Positions 38,909-48,079 of a stretch of 64,000 nucleotides of DNA are shown one piece after another. This stretch comes from Candidatus Woesearchaeota archaeon (lineage in GTDB: Archaea; Nanobdellota; Nanobdellia; SCGC-AAA011-G17; ARS1403): the NCBI GenBank assembly GCA_018302705.1, contig JAGVZI010000012.1, positions 332 through 64,331 of the forward strand, in the 5' to 3' direction. The notes beneath the pieces are model-generated. The model had not been told where the DNA came from and ran no database searches. It was given only the letters and a program-made list of their open reading frames with translations. How positions within the stretch are numbered: the first letter of the stretch is position 1; each line of letters starts with the position of its first letter. The translations under genes were made by a program, and so were the position numbers.

Positions 38909-39126
38909 TAGATACACACCCCTTTGATTTATTTTTGATAAACTCAATATTATCAACCTCTTTGAATTACCAATATAAAATCATATCCCATATATAAAGC
39001 TTTCGTCAATGGTCGTATTAAGTTAAGTAATAGTAAATGACCCCCCTTATAATATTCTTTTTAGCTAAAAAGATAATTAGATGGGGTTAATAATCGGGTC
39101 TGTAGAAATCTTTATAATCCTTCATT

Positions 39127-39816
39127 TTGAGTTTTATCTACATGGCAATAACCCAAACAATACAGGAATTTGCATTGCAGAGCTCACAAGGAAGTATAGT
39201 TAATCTAATCGTAGGGCTTATATTAACATTAATTTTCACATTTATAACAAGCAGGTTATATGTAAAGTATGGAAGTGCCCTATCCAACCGAGAGAGGTTT
39301 GCAAGAAACTTTGTTATCTTGGGCATGGTTACAACATTAGTCATCTCTGTTGTGAAATCATCATTAGCTCTCTCTCTCGGTCTTGTCGGAGCTCTCTCAA
39401 TTGTAAGATTTCGTGCAGCAATTAAAGATCCGGAAGAAATAGTATATTTATTTTTAGTAATTGGAATAGGATTGGGATTAGGGGCTAATCAATGGATAAT
39501 AACAACAACCGCATTTGTGATAATCGTGGCTGCAATAACTGGGAGATCTTATCTAAAAAGAAACCCAGATATGAGGGGCCTATCTTTGCTAATAACAATA
39601 CCGGCTCCAAGAGAGAATTCATTTTCAAAGATAAGGCAAGTTCTCGCAAGAAACTGTAAATCTGTTAATCTGAAAAGATACGATGAAAATCAAATAGGCC
39701 TAGAAGCGCTTTTTATAATAGATTTTAATAATATTAGAAGCCTTGAGAACATTAAAGATGAACTGAAGTCCTCATTCAGTCAAGTCCAGATTTCATTTCT
39801 TGATAATATTATATAA
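39127..39816 (+). CDS. DUF4956-family membrane protein
   Basis: LIVGLILTLIFTFITSRLY...LGLVGALSIVRFRAAIKDPEEIVYLFLVIGIGLGLG. Confidence 0.6.
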   Translation: MSFIYMAITQTIQEFALQSSQGSIVNLIVGLILTLIFTFITSRLYVKYGSALSNRERFARNFVILGMVTTLVISVVKSSLALSLGLVGALSIVRFRAAIKDPEEIVYLFLVIGIGLGLGANQWIITTTAFVIIVAAITGRSYLKRNPDMRGLSLLITIPAPRENSFSKIRQVLARNCKSVNLKRYDENQIGLEALFIIDFNNIRSLENIKDELKSSFSQVQISFLDNII

Positions 39817-39821
39817 TAATC

Positions 39822-42428
39822 ATGGAACTAAATAAAAAAAAGAAGTTCGATTACTCAGAACCAATAACTAATTACAAGGCACGTATATATATAATAGGCA
39901 TAATTATAATCTCAATAATTATTATGACTTTTTTAGTAGGTATCTATTTTGGGATAATTTATACAATCCAGATAAACGATTTTTATGATAAATTCCCACA
40001 AAAGTTTGATGATATCCCTCACTACTTCCAGGGTAAGTTTTTCAATTCTGAAAAAATGTATATTGATATAAAGTTCTTAGATTACACAAAACTCAAAGAA
40101 AAAAGAGATGAGGCGCTACAAAAAGGCATACTAATCAAATCAGGAGATGATGAAGTTCCAGCAACTATCACTTATAAAGATAAATCGGTTAAAGTAAATC
40201 TTAGATTAAAAGGTGATTGGGTTGTAGATCATCTGACAGGTAACAAATGGTCCTTCAGAATCAATGCAAAAGGAGATAATGCAATTATGGGGATGGAGGA
40301 ATTTTCCTTGCACAGACCAGAAGCAAGACACTATATTTACGAATGGTTGTTCCATAGAGCATTGAAAAAAGAAGGCCTTATCGGATTAAGATATTCATTT
40401 TTGACAGTGATTCTTAATGGGGATAGTCTCGGAACTTACGCATTAGAAGAGCATTTCACGAAACAACTTTTGGAATCAAATAACAGAAGGGAAGCTCCGA
40501 TTATAAGTTTTAATGAAAATAGAATTTGGCAGATTAGAGATGAAATGCCTTTTTTTATCTCTCAAAATAACGAGCTAGAAATAGAAGATGAAACATTTTT
40601 ATCGTCGGAGATAGACTCATATTCAACAAAGAAAGTAAATGAAGATCCAGAATTCCGTAATCAATATTTAATGGCAAAAGACCTGCTAGAATCTTTTAGA
40701 ATAGGGAGATTAGAAGCGAGTGATGCATTTGATTCTGAAAAATATGCAAAATTTCTTGCTTTAACTGATCTGTTCGGAGCATGGCATGGCCAAGTATATA
40801 CAAACATGAAATTTTATTATAATCCAATAACCTCAAAATTAGAACCAATAGGGTTTGATGCATCAACAGGTGAAAAAATATCCGGTCTAATAATTAATCC
40901 ACAAAATCCACTGATTACTGAAAAGTTCATAGAATTATTATTTAAGGATTCAGAATTCACAGAGCAATACATCGAGGAGCTGGAGATATTATCACAAAAA
41001 GAGTATCTAGACGATTTCTTTTCAGAAATTGATAAAGAATTGCAAGATAATCTAAAAATAATTTATAGAGAAACCCCGAGTTTTGATTTTTCAAAAGAGA
41101 TATTCTACAAAAATCAGGAAGTTATCCAAGAAATGTTAAATCCAAAACTTGCAATCTTGCCTTATTTTGAAAAGTATGAAAACAGCATTTTAACATTAAA
41201 AATAGGAAATTTTCATGCTCTGCCAATAGAGATACAGGATATCTTCATCGAAGATAAAAAATTAAAACCCATATCCAGAGAAATATTTGAAGGAAAAAAG
41301 GATGGAGAAATTATCAATTTCAAAAAAATAGAATTTAATATACCTAATGAATATAATCTTGATGTTTCAGAAGAGTCTATCAAAGAAATTCAGATAAATT
41401 ATAAAATTCTGGGAGCTCAAAAAATATTTTCTAGAAAAGTAATCCAGTGGAAGTATCTGGATACAAACTCATTTGAAGAGGACATATTTAGGAAAAAAAG
41501 TAATGCAGAAAATTTTGGTTTCTTGATAATTGATCATGATAAAAAATTAATTTCAGTTAGGCCTGGAACTTGGACTTTAGATAAAGATTTAATTTTACCT
41601 ACAGATTTTACATTTAAAATAAATGAGGGGACAAATTTAGTTGTAATTAATAATGCACGCATTGTATCATATTCACCATTGCGCTTTATATCTATAAAAG
41701 ATAATCCAATATTAATTGACTTCAATAAAGGAAAAGGGGTCTTGGTATTAAATGCTAATAGAGAAACAATTTTAGAGAATGTTATTTTTGATGGTTTGCC
41801 AGATCCTTCAGGAGTCGGTATTGGATTAACGGGGGCAATAACTTTTTATGAATCTCCTGTATTAATAAATAATGTAGCTTTTATTAACGGGAAAGCAGAG
41901 GATTCTCTGAATATAATCCGTTCAAATTTCACTATAAGCTCAACCTTGGTTAAGGGAGCAAGTTCTGATTGTATAGATATAGACTTTAGCAATGGAGTTA
42001 TTAGGGATTCAACATTTGAACAATGTACAAATGATGGAGTAGATTTCTCAGGAAGTAAAGTTAAAATTAACAATATTAAAATAGATAAAGCAGGCGACAA
42101 GGCTATTAGTATTGGGGAGTTGAGTGAAGTAAATGCAGAAGGAATCTCTATCTATAATTCAAATATAGGGATAGCCGTCAAGGATAATTCTAATGTAGAG
42201 ATGAATAACCTACAAGTTTCAAATACAAAATTTGGAGTTTCATTGTATCAAAAGAAACCAGAGTTTGGACCAGCATCTGCAAAAATAACAAGTATCGATA
42301 TGGAAGAAGTTGAAATTCCTTACTTTATCGAGCATGGTTCTCTGCTTTATGTTGATGGAAAAGAGATAAAAGAAAGGATATCAAGAAAAGAATTAGTAGA
42401 ATATAGTTTTGATGGTATAACAACATAG
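39822..42428 (+). CDS. CotH-family (atypical kinase-like) protein with a C-terminal right-handed beta-helix repeat domain
   Basis: N-terminal TM; KWSFRINAKGD...MEEFSLHRPEARHYIYEWLFHRALKKEGLIGLRYSF (CotH core); C-terminal NxxG/DxxxS repeats typical of parallel beta-helices. Confidence 0.65.
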   Translation: MELNKKKKFDYSEPITNYKARIYIIGIIIISIIIMTFLVGIYFGIIYTIQINDFYDKFPQKFDDIPHYFQGKFFNSEKMYIDIKFLDYTKLKEKRDEALQKGILIKSGDDEVPATITYKDKSVKVNLRLKGDWVVDHLTGNKWSFRINAKGDNAIMGMEEFSLHRPEARHYIYEWLFHRALKKEGLIGLRYSFLTVILNGDSLGTYALEEHFTKQLLESNNRREAPIISFNENRIWQIRDEMPFFISQNNELEIEDETFLSSEIDSYSTKKVNEDPEFRNQYLMAKDLLESFRIGRLEASDAFDSEKYAKFLALTDLFGAWHGQVYTNMKFYYNPITSKLEPIGFDASTGEKISGLIINPQNPLITEKFIELLFKDSEFTEQYIEELEILSQKEYLDDFFSEIDKELQDNLKIIYRETPSFDFSKEIFYKNQEVIQEMLNPKLAILPYFEKYENSILTLKIGNFHALPIEIQDIFIEDKKLKPISREIFEGKKDGEIINFKKIEFNIPNEYNLDVSEESIKEIQINYKILGAQKIFSRKVIQWKYLDTNSFEEDIFRKKSNAENFGFLIIDHDKKLISVRPGTWTLDKDLILPTDFTFKINEGTNLVVINNARIVSYSPLRFISIKDNPILIDFNKGKGVLVLNANRETILENVIFDGLPDPSGVGIGLTGAITFYESPVLINNVAFINGKAEDSLNIIRSNFTISSTLVKGASSDCIDIDFSNGVIRDSTFEQCTNDGVDFSGSKVKINNIKIDKAGDKAISIGELSEVNAEGISIYNSNIGIAVKDNSNVEMNNLQVSNTKFGVSLYQKKPEFGPASAKITSIDMEEVEIPYFIEHGSLLYVDGKEIKERISRKELVEYSFDGITT

Positions 42429-42442
42429 GGTAATCATTTAAA

Positions 42443-43147
42443 ATGACAATTCAGATTAATAATATTAGCTTTTTTGGATATGAGAGAAAATTTAGGGTAG
42501 ATGAATTAACAAAAGAAGAAGTAGAATTAATTATAAAGAAAAATGTAGGGCATTTTAATGAAATCTTTCATCAAAGGGTTATAAATAATATTTATTTAGA
42601 TACGCAATCTTTTTCAAATTATACAGATAACCTAGATGGGATTCCTGAGAAAATCAAAATAAGGATCAGGTGGTACGGTAATACTTTCGGCTTGATTAAA
42701 AATCCACATTTAGAAATAAAGATGAGAAATGAATTTTTAGTAAATAAAAGAAAATATCCGCTGAATGATTTTAAAATAGATAATGATTTTTCACTTGATG
42801 ATCTTAAAAAAAATATCATCTCTTCTAAAGTACCTAATCGGATTAAAGAAGAAATAAAATCCTTAAGATTTTCTTTATTTAATACTTACATAAGAAAGTA
42901 TTTCATGTCAGCGCATAATGTGTGTAGGTTGACAATTGATTCAGATATGAGATTTATTTATTTATCTAAAAATACCAATTTATTCTTGAAAAGAGCTAGA
43001 GATGATGCAATCATTGTAGAATTAAAATATAATAAAAATAAGGATAATATTATAAGTATGTTCTCTTCAGAATTCCCATTTCGGATGACTAAGTGCTCAA
43101 AATATGCTATAGGTATTGATAAATTGAATATGAATAATCTATATTAG
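42443..43147 (+). CDS. VTC/CYTH-like domain protein
   Basis: YERKFRVDELTKEEVE...IRIRWYGN...IVELKYNK triphosphate-tunnel-like beta-strand pattern; found in the CotH-VTC-DUF4956 arrangement. Confidence 0.5.
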   Translation: MTIQINNISFFGYERKFRVDELTKEEVELIIKKNVGHFNEIFHQRVINNIYLDTQSFSNYTDNLDGIPEKIKIRIRWYGNTFGLIKNPHLEIKMRNEFLVNKRKYPLNDFKIDNDFSLDDLKKNIISSKVPNRIKEEIKSLRFSLFNTYIRKYFMSAHNVCRLTIDSDMRFIYLSKNTNLFLKRARDDAIIVELKYNKNKDNIISMFSSEFPFRMTKCSKYAIGIDKLNMNNLY

Positions 43148-43218
43148 TCTTCAGTAGAATATTAATAGAGGGTTATATTTAAGTCAAATTTAAAAGGTTT
43201 ATTAATTGATTTAAATAA

Positions 43219-44913
43219 ATGAAGTGGTTTAAAAAATTAATTTTTTTGTATCTTTTTTTTGTTATAGTTAAAATTTTCTTAGTTTATATGATCCCGGCAC
43301 CAAGTGAGTTTAATGATGGCTATATCTATGCAAAGATGGCTAGAAGTTTTTTTAATTCATTTGAGTTTAGTGTACATGGAATCCCGGCAAGGTTATATCC
43401 CCCATTATATCCGGCCATATTATCCATATCCTATATTTTCAAAGATATGCATATAGTATATTTTACTATGAAGATCATAAACTCTATACTCTCATCACTA
43501 ATAATCTTTCCAGCATGGTTAATAGCAAGAGAATTTGTTTCGAGAAGAAAAGCGTTCATTGCAGCAACATTGGTTTCGATTATCCCCTCGAATTTTTCCT
43601 TTGCTCCATTTATAATGGCAGAAAACCTATTCTATCCGCTGTTTCTTTTTACAGTTTACTTTGCTTATAAATATTTAAAAAAGAATTCGCATCTCTATGC
43701 AGCATTGTCAGGGTTTTTCTTAGGATTAACATACCTAACTAAGACAACCACAATTGTACTTGTCATTTCAATTTTTTTATTATCCCTATATAAGATCGCA
43801 AATAAAGATATATGTATAAATAAGTTTTTAATTTTCTGTTCAGCTGCACTTGCTATAATTATTCCTTGGACAATAATAAAAGGATTAATCTTCGGATTTA
43901 CTCCTATTGGGATTTTCGGGGTTTATGTAACTGAAGCAGCTAAATTTACTCTTTCTAATTTTTGGAGCAATTTTGCAATCTGGATAATATTATATTCTGG
44001 ATTTATTATTTTGGCATCTGGGATTATATTCTTCGTTTCAAGTGCTTTATTATTAAAAAATAAACAGACAAAAACTATCTTCTTGATCTTCCTTCTATCC
44101 ACAATCACAATAATCTTAATGGGAGCAAATCATAATGTTGAAGAATCTACTATAAATTCACAATACATTACCGGAAGACCTGTGGGAAGATATATTGATA
44201 CAACTTTATCATTGCTTTTTATCTTGGGTTTTATAGGATTAGATATGTATATAAGAAATAAAGAAAAATTGCATAAATATTTCAAAAAAGTAGCTATGGC
44301 AACCATCCCCATAGTTGCATTCTCTTCATTACTTGTAATGTTCCCGTTGTTTCCTGTGAACAACATGTCATTAACATGGTTAGGACTTTCAAATTTTATA
44401 TTAGATATCTTGATCAATAACAAGGTAGATTTTAATCCAGCATTCTCTTTAATCAATATTATAATTATCGCAGCAATTTTGACTTCAATTATCTTAGTAT
44501 TTTCCTATAATCTTCTTAAGGTTAATTTACAAAAGGTAATTGCTTTTTTTATTCTCTTTTTTATCTTGGTGAATGCAAGTAATTATGCAATAGCTTATTA
44601 CAATTCAAATACTTATTGGTATAAAGGAGAGCAAATGCAATTAGGAATATGGTTCAATGATTTTGATAAGGATAGAATTTCAAATATCCTTATTGACAAG
44701 AGAGATTGTGGTACTCAAATAGATAAACTAAGTCAATATTCTCTTTGCCATTATCCCATCTTTACAATCATAGGATTTTGGTTAAATGATGAAATCAAGA
44801 TACAAGTTCCTGATAATCTTGAAGGATTTGATTACATAATCTCTAGACACAATCTACCATTAGAGATAATAAGGGAAACAGAAAGTGGGATAAAAATATA
44901 TAAGACAAAATAG
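43219..44913 (+). CDS. GT-C-fold integral membrane glycosyltransferase (ArnT/PMT-like, GT39/83-like)
   Basis: More than 10 TM helices; N-terminal DGYIYAKMARSF...ARLYPPLYPAIL loop motif like the DE..Y...A...PPL of GT39/83. Confidence 0.5.
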   Translation: MKWFKKLIFLYLFFVIVKIFLVYMIPAPSEFNDGYIYAKMARSFFNSFEFSVHGIPARLYPPLYPAILSISYIFKDMHIVYFTMKIINSILSSLIIFPAWLIAREFVSRRKAFIAATLVSIIPSNFSFAPFIMAENLFYPLFLFTVYFAYKYLKKNSHLYAALSGFFLGLTYLTKTTTIVLVISIFLLSLYKIANKDICINKFLIFCSAALAIIIPWTIIKGLIFGFTPIGIFGVYVTEAAKFTLSNFWSNFAIWIILYSGFIILASGIIFFVSSALLLKNKQTKTIFLIFLLSTITIILMGANHNVEESTINSQYITGRPVGRYIDTTLSLLFILGFIGLDMYIRNKEKLHKYFKKVAMATIPIVAFSSLLVMFPLFPVNNMSLTWLGLSNFILDILINNKVDFNPAFSLINIIIIAAILTSIILVFSYNLLKVNLQKVIAFFILFFILVNASNYAIAYYNSNTYWYKGEQMQLGIWFNDFDKDRISNILIDKRDCGTQIDKLSQYSLCHYPIFTIIGFWLNDEIKIQVPDNLEGFDYIISRHNLPLEIIRETESGIKIYKTK

Positions 44914-44924
44914 GAGATAGAGAA

Positions 44925-45815
44925 ATGATAAAGCACAAAAGAAGATTAATTATCTTTTTAATATCAGGAATTTTGTTATTTTATATATTGCAAGGGATAA
45001 ATATAACAAATCTTTCTCTCTTGCTTAAAAATGCAAATTATCTTTTCCTTATGTCTGTCATCCCCCTAGTTATAGCCATATTTTTCATAAAGGTTGCAAG
45101 GCTAAATCTTATCCTAAAAATAGTAGGAATAAATATTAGATTCTCGGAACTGTCAAAAATTTTTCTTATAGGAAGTACGTATGGGTTAATTACTCCGGGG
45201 AGGGTAGGTGAGTTCGGTAGAGTGTATTATTTTAATGAAGACAAATCAAAGACTTTTCCATCATTAATAGTAGAAAGATTAGCTGATATTTTTATCCTAG
45301 TAATGCTTTCAAATATTACCCTCTTCCTCCTCTTCAGAGATATATCATTAATATTTATCTCCTTCGTAGCTTCATTATTTCTCTTGATTTTCACATTCAT
45401 ATTGATTAATAAAAAGGTGGCTTATTTTGTCTTGACAATTTTTAAAGTAAGCAAAGATAAACGGAATGAATACATGGAAAACCTGTTAGAAATTCTAAAA
45501 AGAAAACATTTATCTAAAATTCTAATGCTAACACTGTTAAATTTTACAATTTCATTTATAGTAGCATTTGTAATTTTAAAGTCTCTAGATTTTTCTGCCA
45601 ATTATCTTCTTATTTTTTCTCTGCCAATTATCATTTTATTTAGTAATATTCCTATAACAATTTCAGGAACGGGGTTAAGGGAATTTATAACAGTCTATTC
45701 TTTTACACAATTAGGTGCAGTTCCAGAATTGGGATTTTCATTTTCACTGATATTGTTCTTAACAACTATCTTATTGCCAGGATTAATTGGATTTTTCCTT
45801 ATCCTTAGAAAGTAA
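44925..45815 (+). CDS. Flippase-like (UPF0104/LPG-synthase-TM-like) membrane protein
   Basis: 8 TM helices; GSTYGLITPGRVGEFGRVYY motif. Confidence 0.5.
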   Translation: MIKHKRRLIIFLISGILLFYILQGINITNLSLLLKNANYLFLMSVIPLVIAIFFIKVARLNLILKIVGINIRFSELSKIFLIGSTYGLITPGRVGEFGRVYYFNEDKSKTFPSLIVERLADIFILVMLSNITLFLLFRDISLIFISFVASLFLLIFTFILINKKVAYFVLTIFKVSKDKRNEYMENLLEILKRKHLSKILMLTLLNFTISFIVAFVILKSLDFSANYLLIFSLPIIILFSNIPITISGTGLREFITVYSFTQLGAVPELGFSFSLILFLTTILLPGLIGFFLILRK

Positions 45816-47123
45816 TTTGCTTTTTTTAAGAATTTCATCAACAGCGTTATAAGAAGATTTTATTATATAATTTACATTCCTGCTATTGGGATAAATCATG
45901 ACATTCCCAGCAAAATACAATCCCTTAATCGGGCTTTCTATATTAGGCATTATTTTAAGAAAATCAATCGTGTAAAGTGGTGTAGCAAAAGCATTTCTTG
46001 AGATTTTTTTCCAAAGAATGTCCTCTTCTTCGAGCTCTGGAAACATCTCTTTTAAAGAATCCAAAAATAGTCTAATTATCTCATCATCATTTTTATTCCA
46101 CCATTCATTATTTTTTTCTACATATTTTCCAAGATAAACAATATGATCTCCTCCATAGTGTTTCTCATTTTCTAAGTTTGTATGCTCTACCATAACTCCA
46201 AAAGGAACATCTTCAGAGAGTATATTAATCCAGTAAAAATCACTTAATCTTATTTTTAATCCTACAAGTACGCATATCACTGCTTGATAATCAATTTTTT
46301 TTAATCTGTCTTGATAATCTATAGGAAAATCTTTAATTAACTTTAAACTTAGATTTATTGGCAGAGTGTTAATAACATAGTCGCCTTCAATTTTTTTCTT
46401 TCTTCCATTGCTTTCAAATTCAACAATGAATTTCTCACCTATTTTTTTAATGTTTTTAATCTCAGAATTCATATGATACTGAACAGATCTTCTTGAAGCT
46501 TCTTTAATAGAATTTAAAATAGATTGATAGCCCCCTCTAAAGTATCCAAGTATTTCTTTGCCGCCTTTAGATCTTGTAATTGCTCTGGCTTTTATCCTTT
46601 CACAAACAAAAGCAGCAGAAGCCCTTTTCATAGACATTCCGAATTTTATCCTTAATAGATATCTAAAAATTTTTTCATAAGCCTCATCCCCCCATTGATC
46701 TTTCAACCATTCTTCGGCATTTAATTCCTCCAATTTTTCTGTGTCTTTCTGAAAATAAGAAATTTTTAAAGTCATCAGTCCGAACCTTATCCTGTTTAAA
46801 AACTTTAATGGTTTAAACCTTAATAAGTCAAGAGGAGTAGACATCTTATACAATCTCCTGTTGTAAAAAAATCCAACTTTAGACTCGTTCCATTTAAGCT
46901 TGTCATATAAATTCAGCTCTCTCAGCAATTCTAAAAAGATATCATCGGTCGTATATACAATGTGGTAAAATCTTTCTATATCATAGTTTTTTATTTTGTA
47001 ACTTGAAACTAATCCTCCGACAATCGGTGCTTTTTCAATTACTTCTGCATTAATCCCGAGCTTAGATAACCTATATGCTGCTCCAAGTCCTGCAGGTCCT
47101 CCACCAAGTATAATAACTTTCAT
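45783..47123 (-). CDS. FAD/NAD(P)-dependent oxidoreductase (amine oxidase/desaturase-like)
   Basis: MKVIILGGGPAGLGAAYRLSKLGINAEVIEKAPIVGG dinucleotide-binding motif. Confidence 0.7.
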   Translation of the reverse strand: MKVIILGGGPAGLGAAYRLSKLGINAEVIEKAPIVGGLVSSYKIKNYDIERFYHIVYTTDDIFLELLRELNLYDKLKWNESKVGFFYNRRLYKMSTPLDLLRFKPLKFLNRIRFGLMTLKISYFQKDTEKLEELNAEEWLKDQWGDEAYEKIFRYLLRIKFGMSMKRASAAFVCERIKARAITRSKGGKEILGYFRGGYQSILNSIKEASRRSVQYHMNSEIKNIKKIGEKFIVEFESNGRKKKIEGDYVINTLPINLSLKLIKDFPIDYQDRLKKIDYQAVICVLVGLKIRLSDFYWINILSEDVPFGVMVEHTNLENEKHYGGDHIVYLGKYVEKNNEWWNKNDDEIIRLFLDSLKEMFPELEEEDILWKKISRNAFATPLYTIDFLKIMPNIESPIKGLYFAGNVMIYPNSRNVNYIIKSSYNAVDEILKKSKLLSKDKEKSN

Positions 47124-48070
47124 CGCTCTAAAATCTTTTCAATTTCATAGTTTTTTCTAGCATCATAGTAAATCCTTATTTGTATTTCAGCTAAGAAACC
47201 AAACATAATAAATAAAATTCCAATTATTACAAGGAATATGGAAGCTAGCAACAAAGGTCCAATATCTGCCTCACCAAATCTTAAATAATATAATATGGTA
47301 GTAATGGTTTTTATTATACCCAAAACAAGTCCTACTAAGATTAATATCCCCCCTATAAATCCAAAGAAATGCAAAGGTCTTCTTGAATAATCCAGCCAGA
47401 ATTTTACATAAAATAAATCCAAAAATCCTTTAAAAATTCTTTTTGCATTATATTTGCTTTTCCCATGCTTTCTCTCACTGTGCCTTACTTTCACTTCTCC
47501 TATTCTAAATCCGTACTGAGAAATAATTGCAGTTATGTACCTGTGCATATCACCATATAGGTTTAGGTTTTCCACAGCCTCCTTTCTATAGGCCTTCAAA
47601 GAGCACCCAGAATCATGTATATCCTCCTTTATCAAAAATCTTCTAAATGAATTAGCAATCTTTGAAAAAATTCGCTTTTCAAGTGGATCTATTCTATCAA
47701 ATCTCCAGCCACTGACAACATCATAGCCATCTTCGATTTTTTTTAGCAATCCAGGAATATCTTCAGGATGATTTTGCAGATCCCCGTCCATCGTAACAAT
47801 GACATCTCCGCTAGAATACTTAAGTCCTGAAACTGTAGCAGCGCACTCTCCAAAATTTTTCCTATGTTTTATAACCTTTACATGCATATCTCTTTTATAA
47901 ATTTCTTCTAGAATTGAAAAGGAATTATCTTTACTTCCATCATCAGTAAATATGATCTCGTAATCTACACCGATTTTATTCATAACCTTGCTTAATCTAG
48001 TATATAATTCAATGAGGTTTCCTTCTTCATTATATACGGGTATTGCCACTGAAATTTTTTTGAATTTCAT
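47120..48070 (-). CDS. GT2 polyprenol/dolichol-phosphate glycosyltransferase (GtrB/DPM1-like) with C-terminal TM helices
   Basis: ISVAIPVYNEEGNL...FTDDGSKDNS...TMDGDLQ...; two C-terminal TM helices. Confidence 0.8.
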   Translation of the reverse strand: MKFKKISVAIPVYNEEGNLIELYTRLSKVMNKIGVDYEIIFTDDGSKDNSFSILEEIYKRDMHVKVIKHRKNFGECAATVSGLKYSSGDVIVTMDGDLQNHPEDIPGLLKKIEDGYDVVSGWRFDRIDPLEKRIFSKIANSFRRFLIKEDIHDSGCSLKAYRKEAVENLNLYGDMHRYITAIISQYGFRIGEVKVRHSERKHGKSKYNAKRIFKGFLDLFYVKFWLDYSRRPLHFFGFIGGILILVGLVLGIIKTITTILYYLRFGEADIGPLLLASIFLVIIGILFIMFGFLAEIQIRIYYDARKNYEIEKILER

Positions 48071-48079
48071 AAGACGTCT

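Noticed and set aside
43219-44913. Candidate AglB/STT3 oligosaccharyltransferase among the polytopic membrane proteins (43219, 48080, 59517)
   Set aside because: None contains the WWDYG motif or the large C-terminal periplasmic domain of AglB. They look GT-C-like (PMT/ArnT-type) or are unassigned instead.
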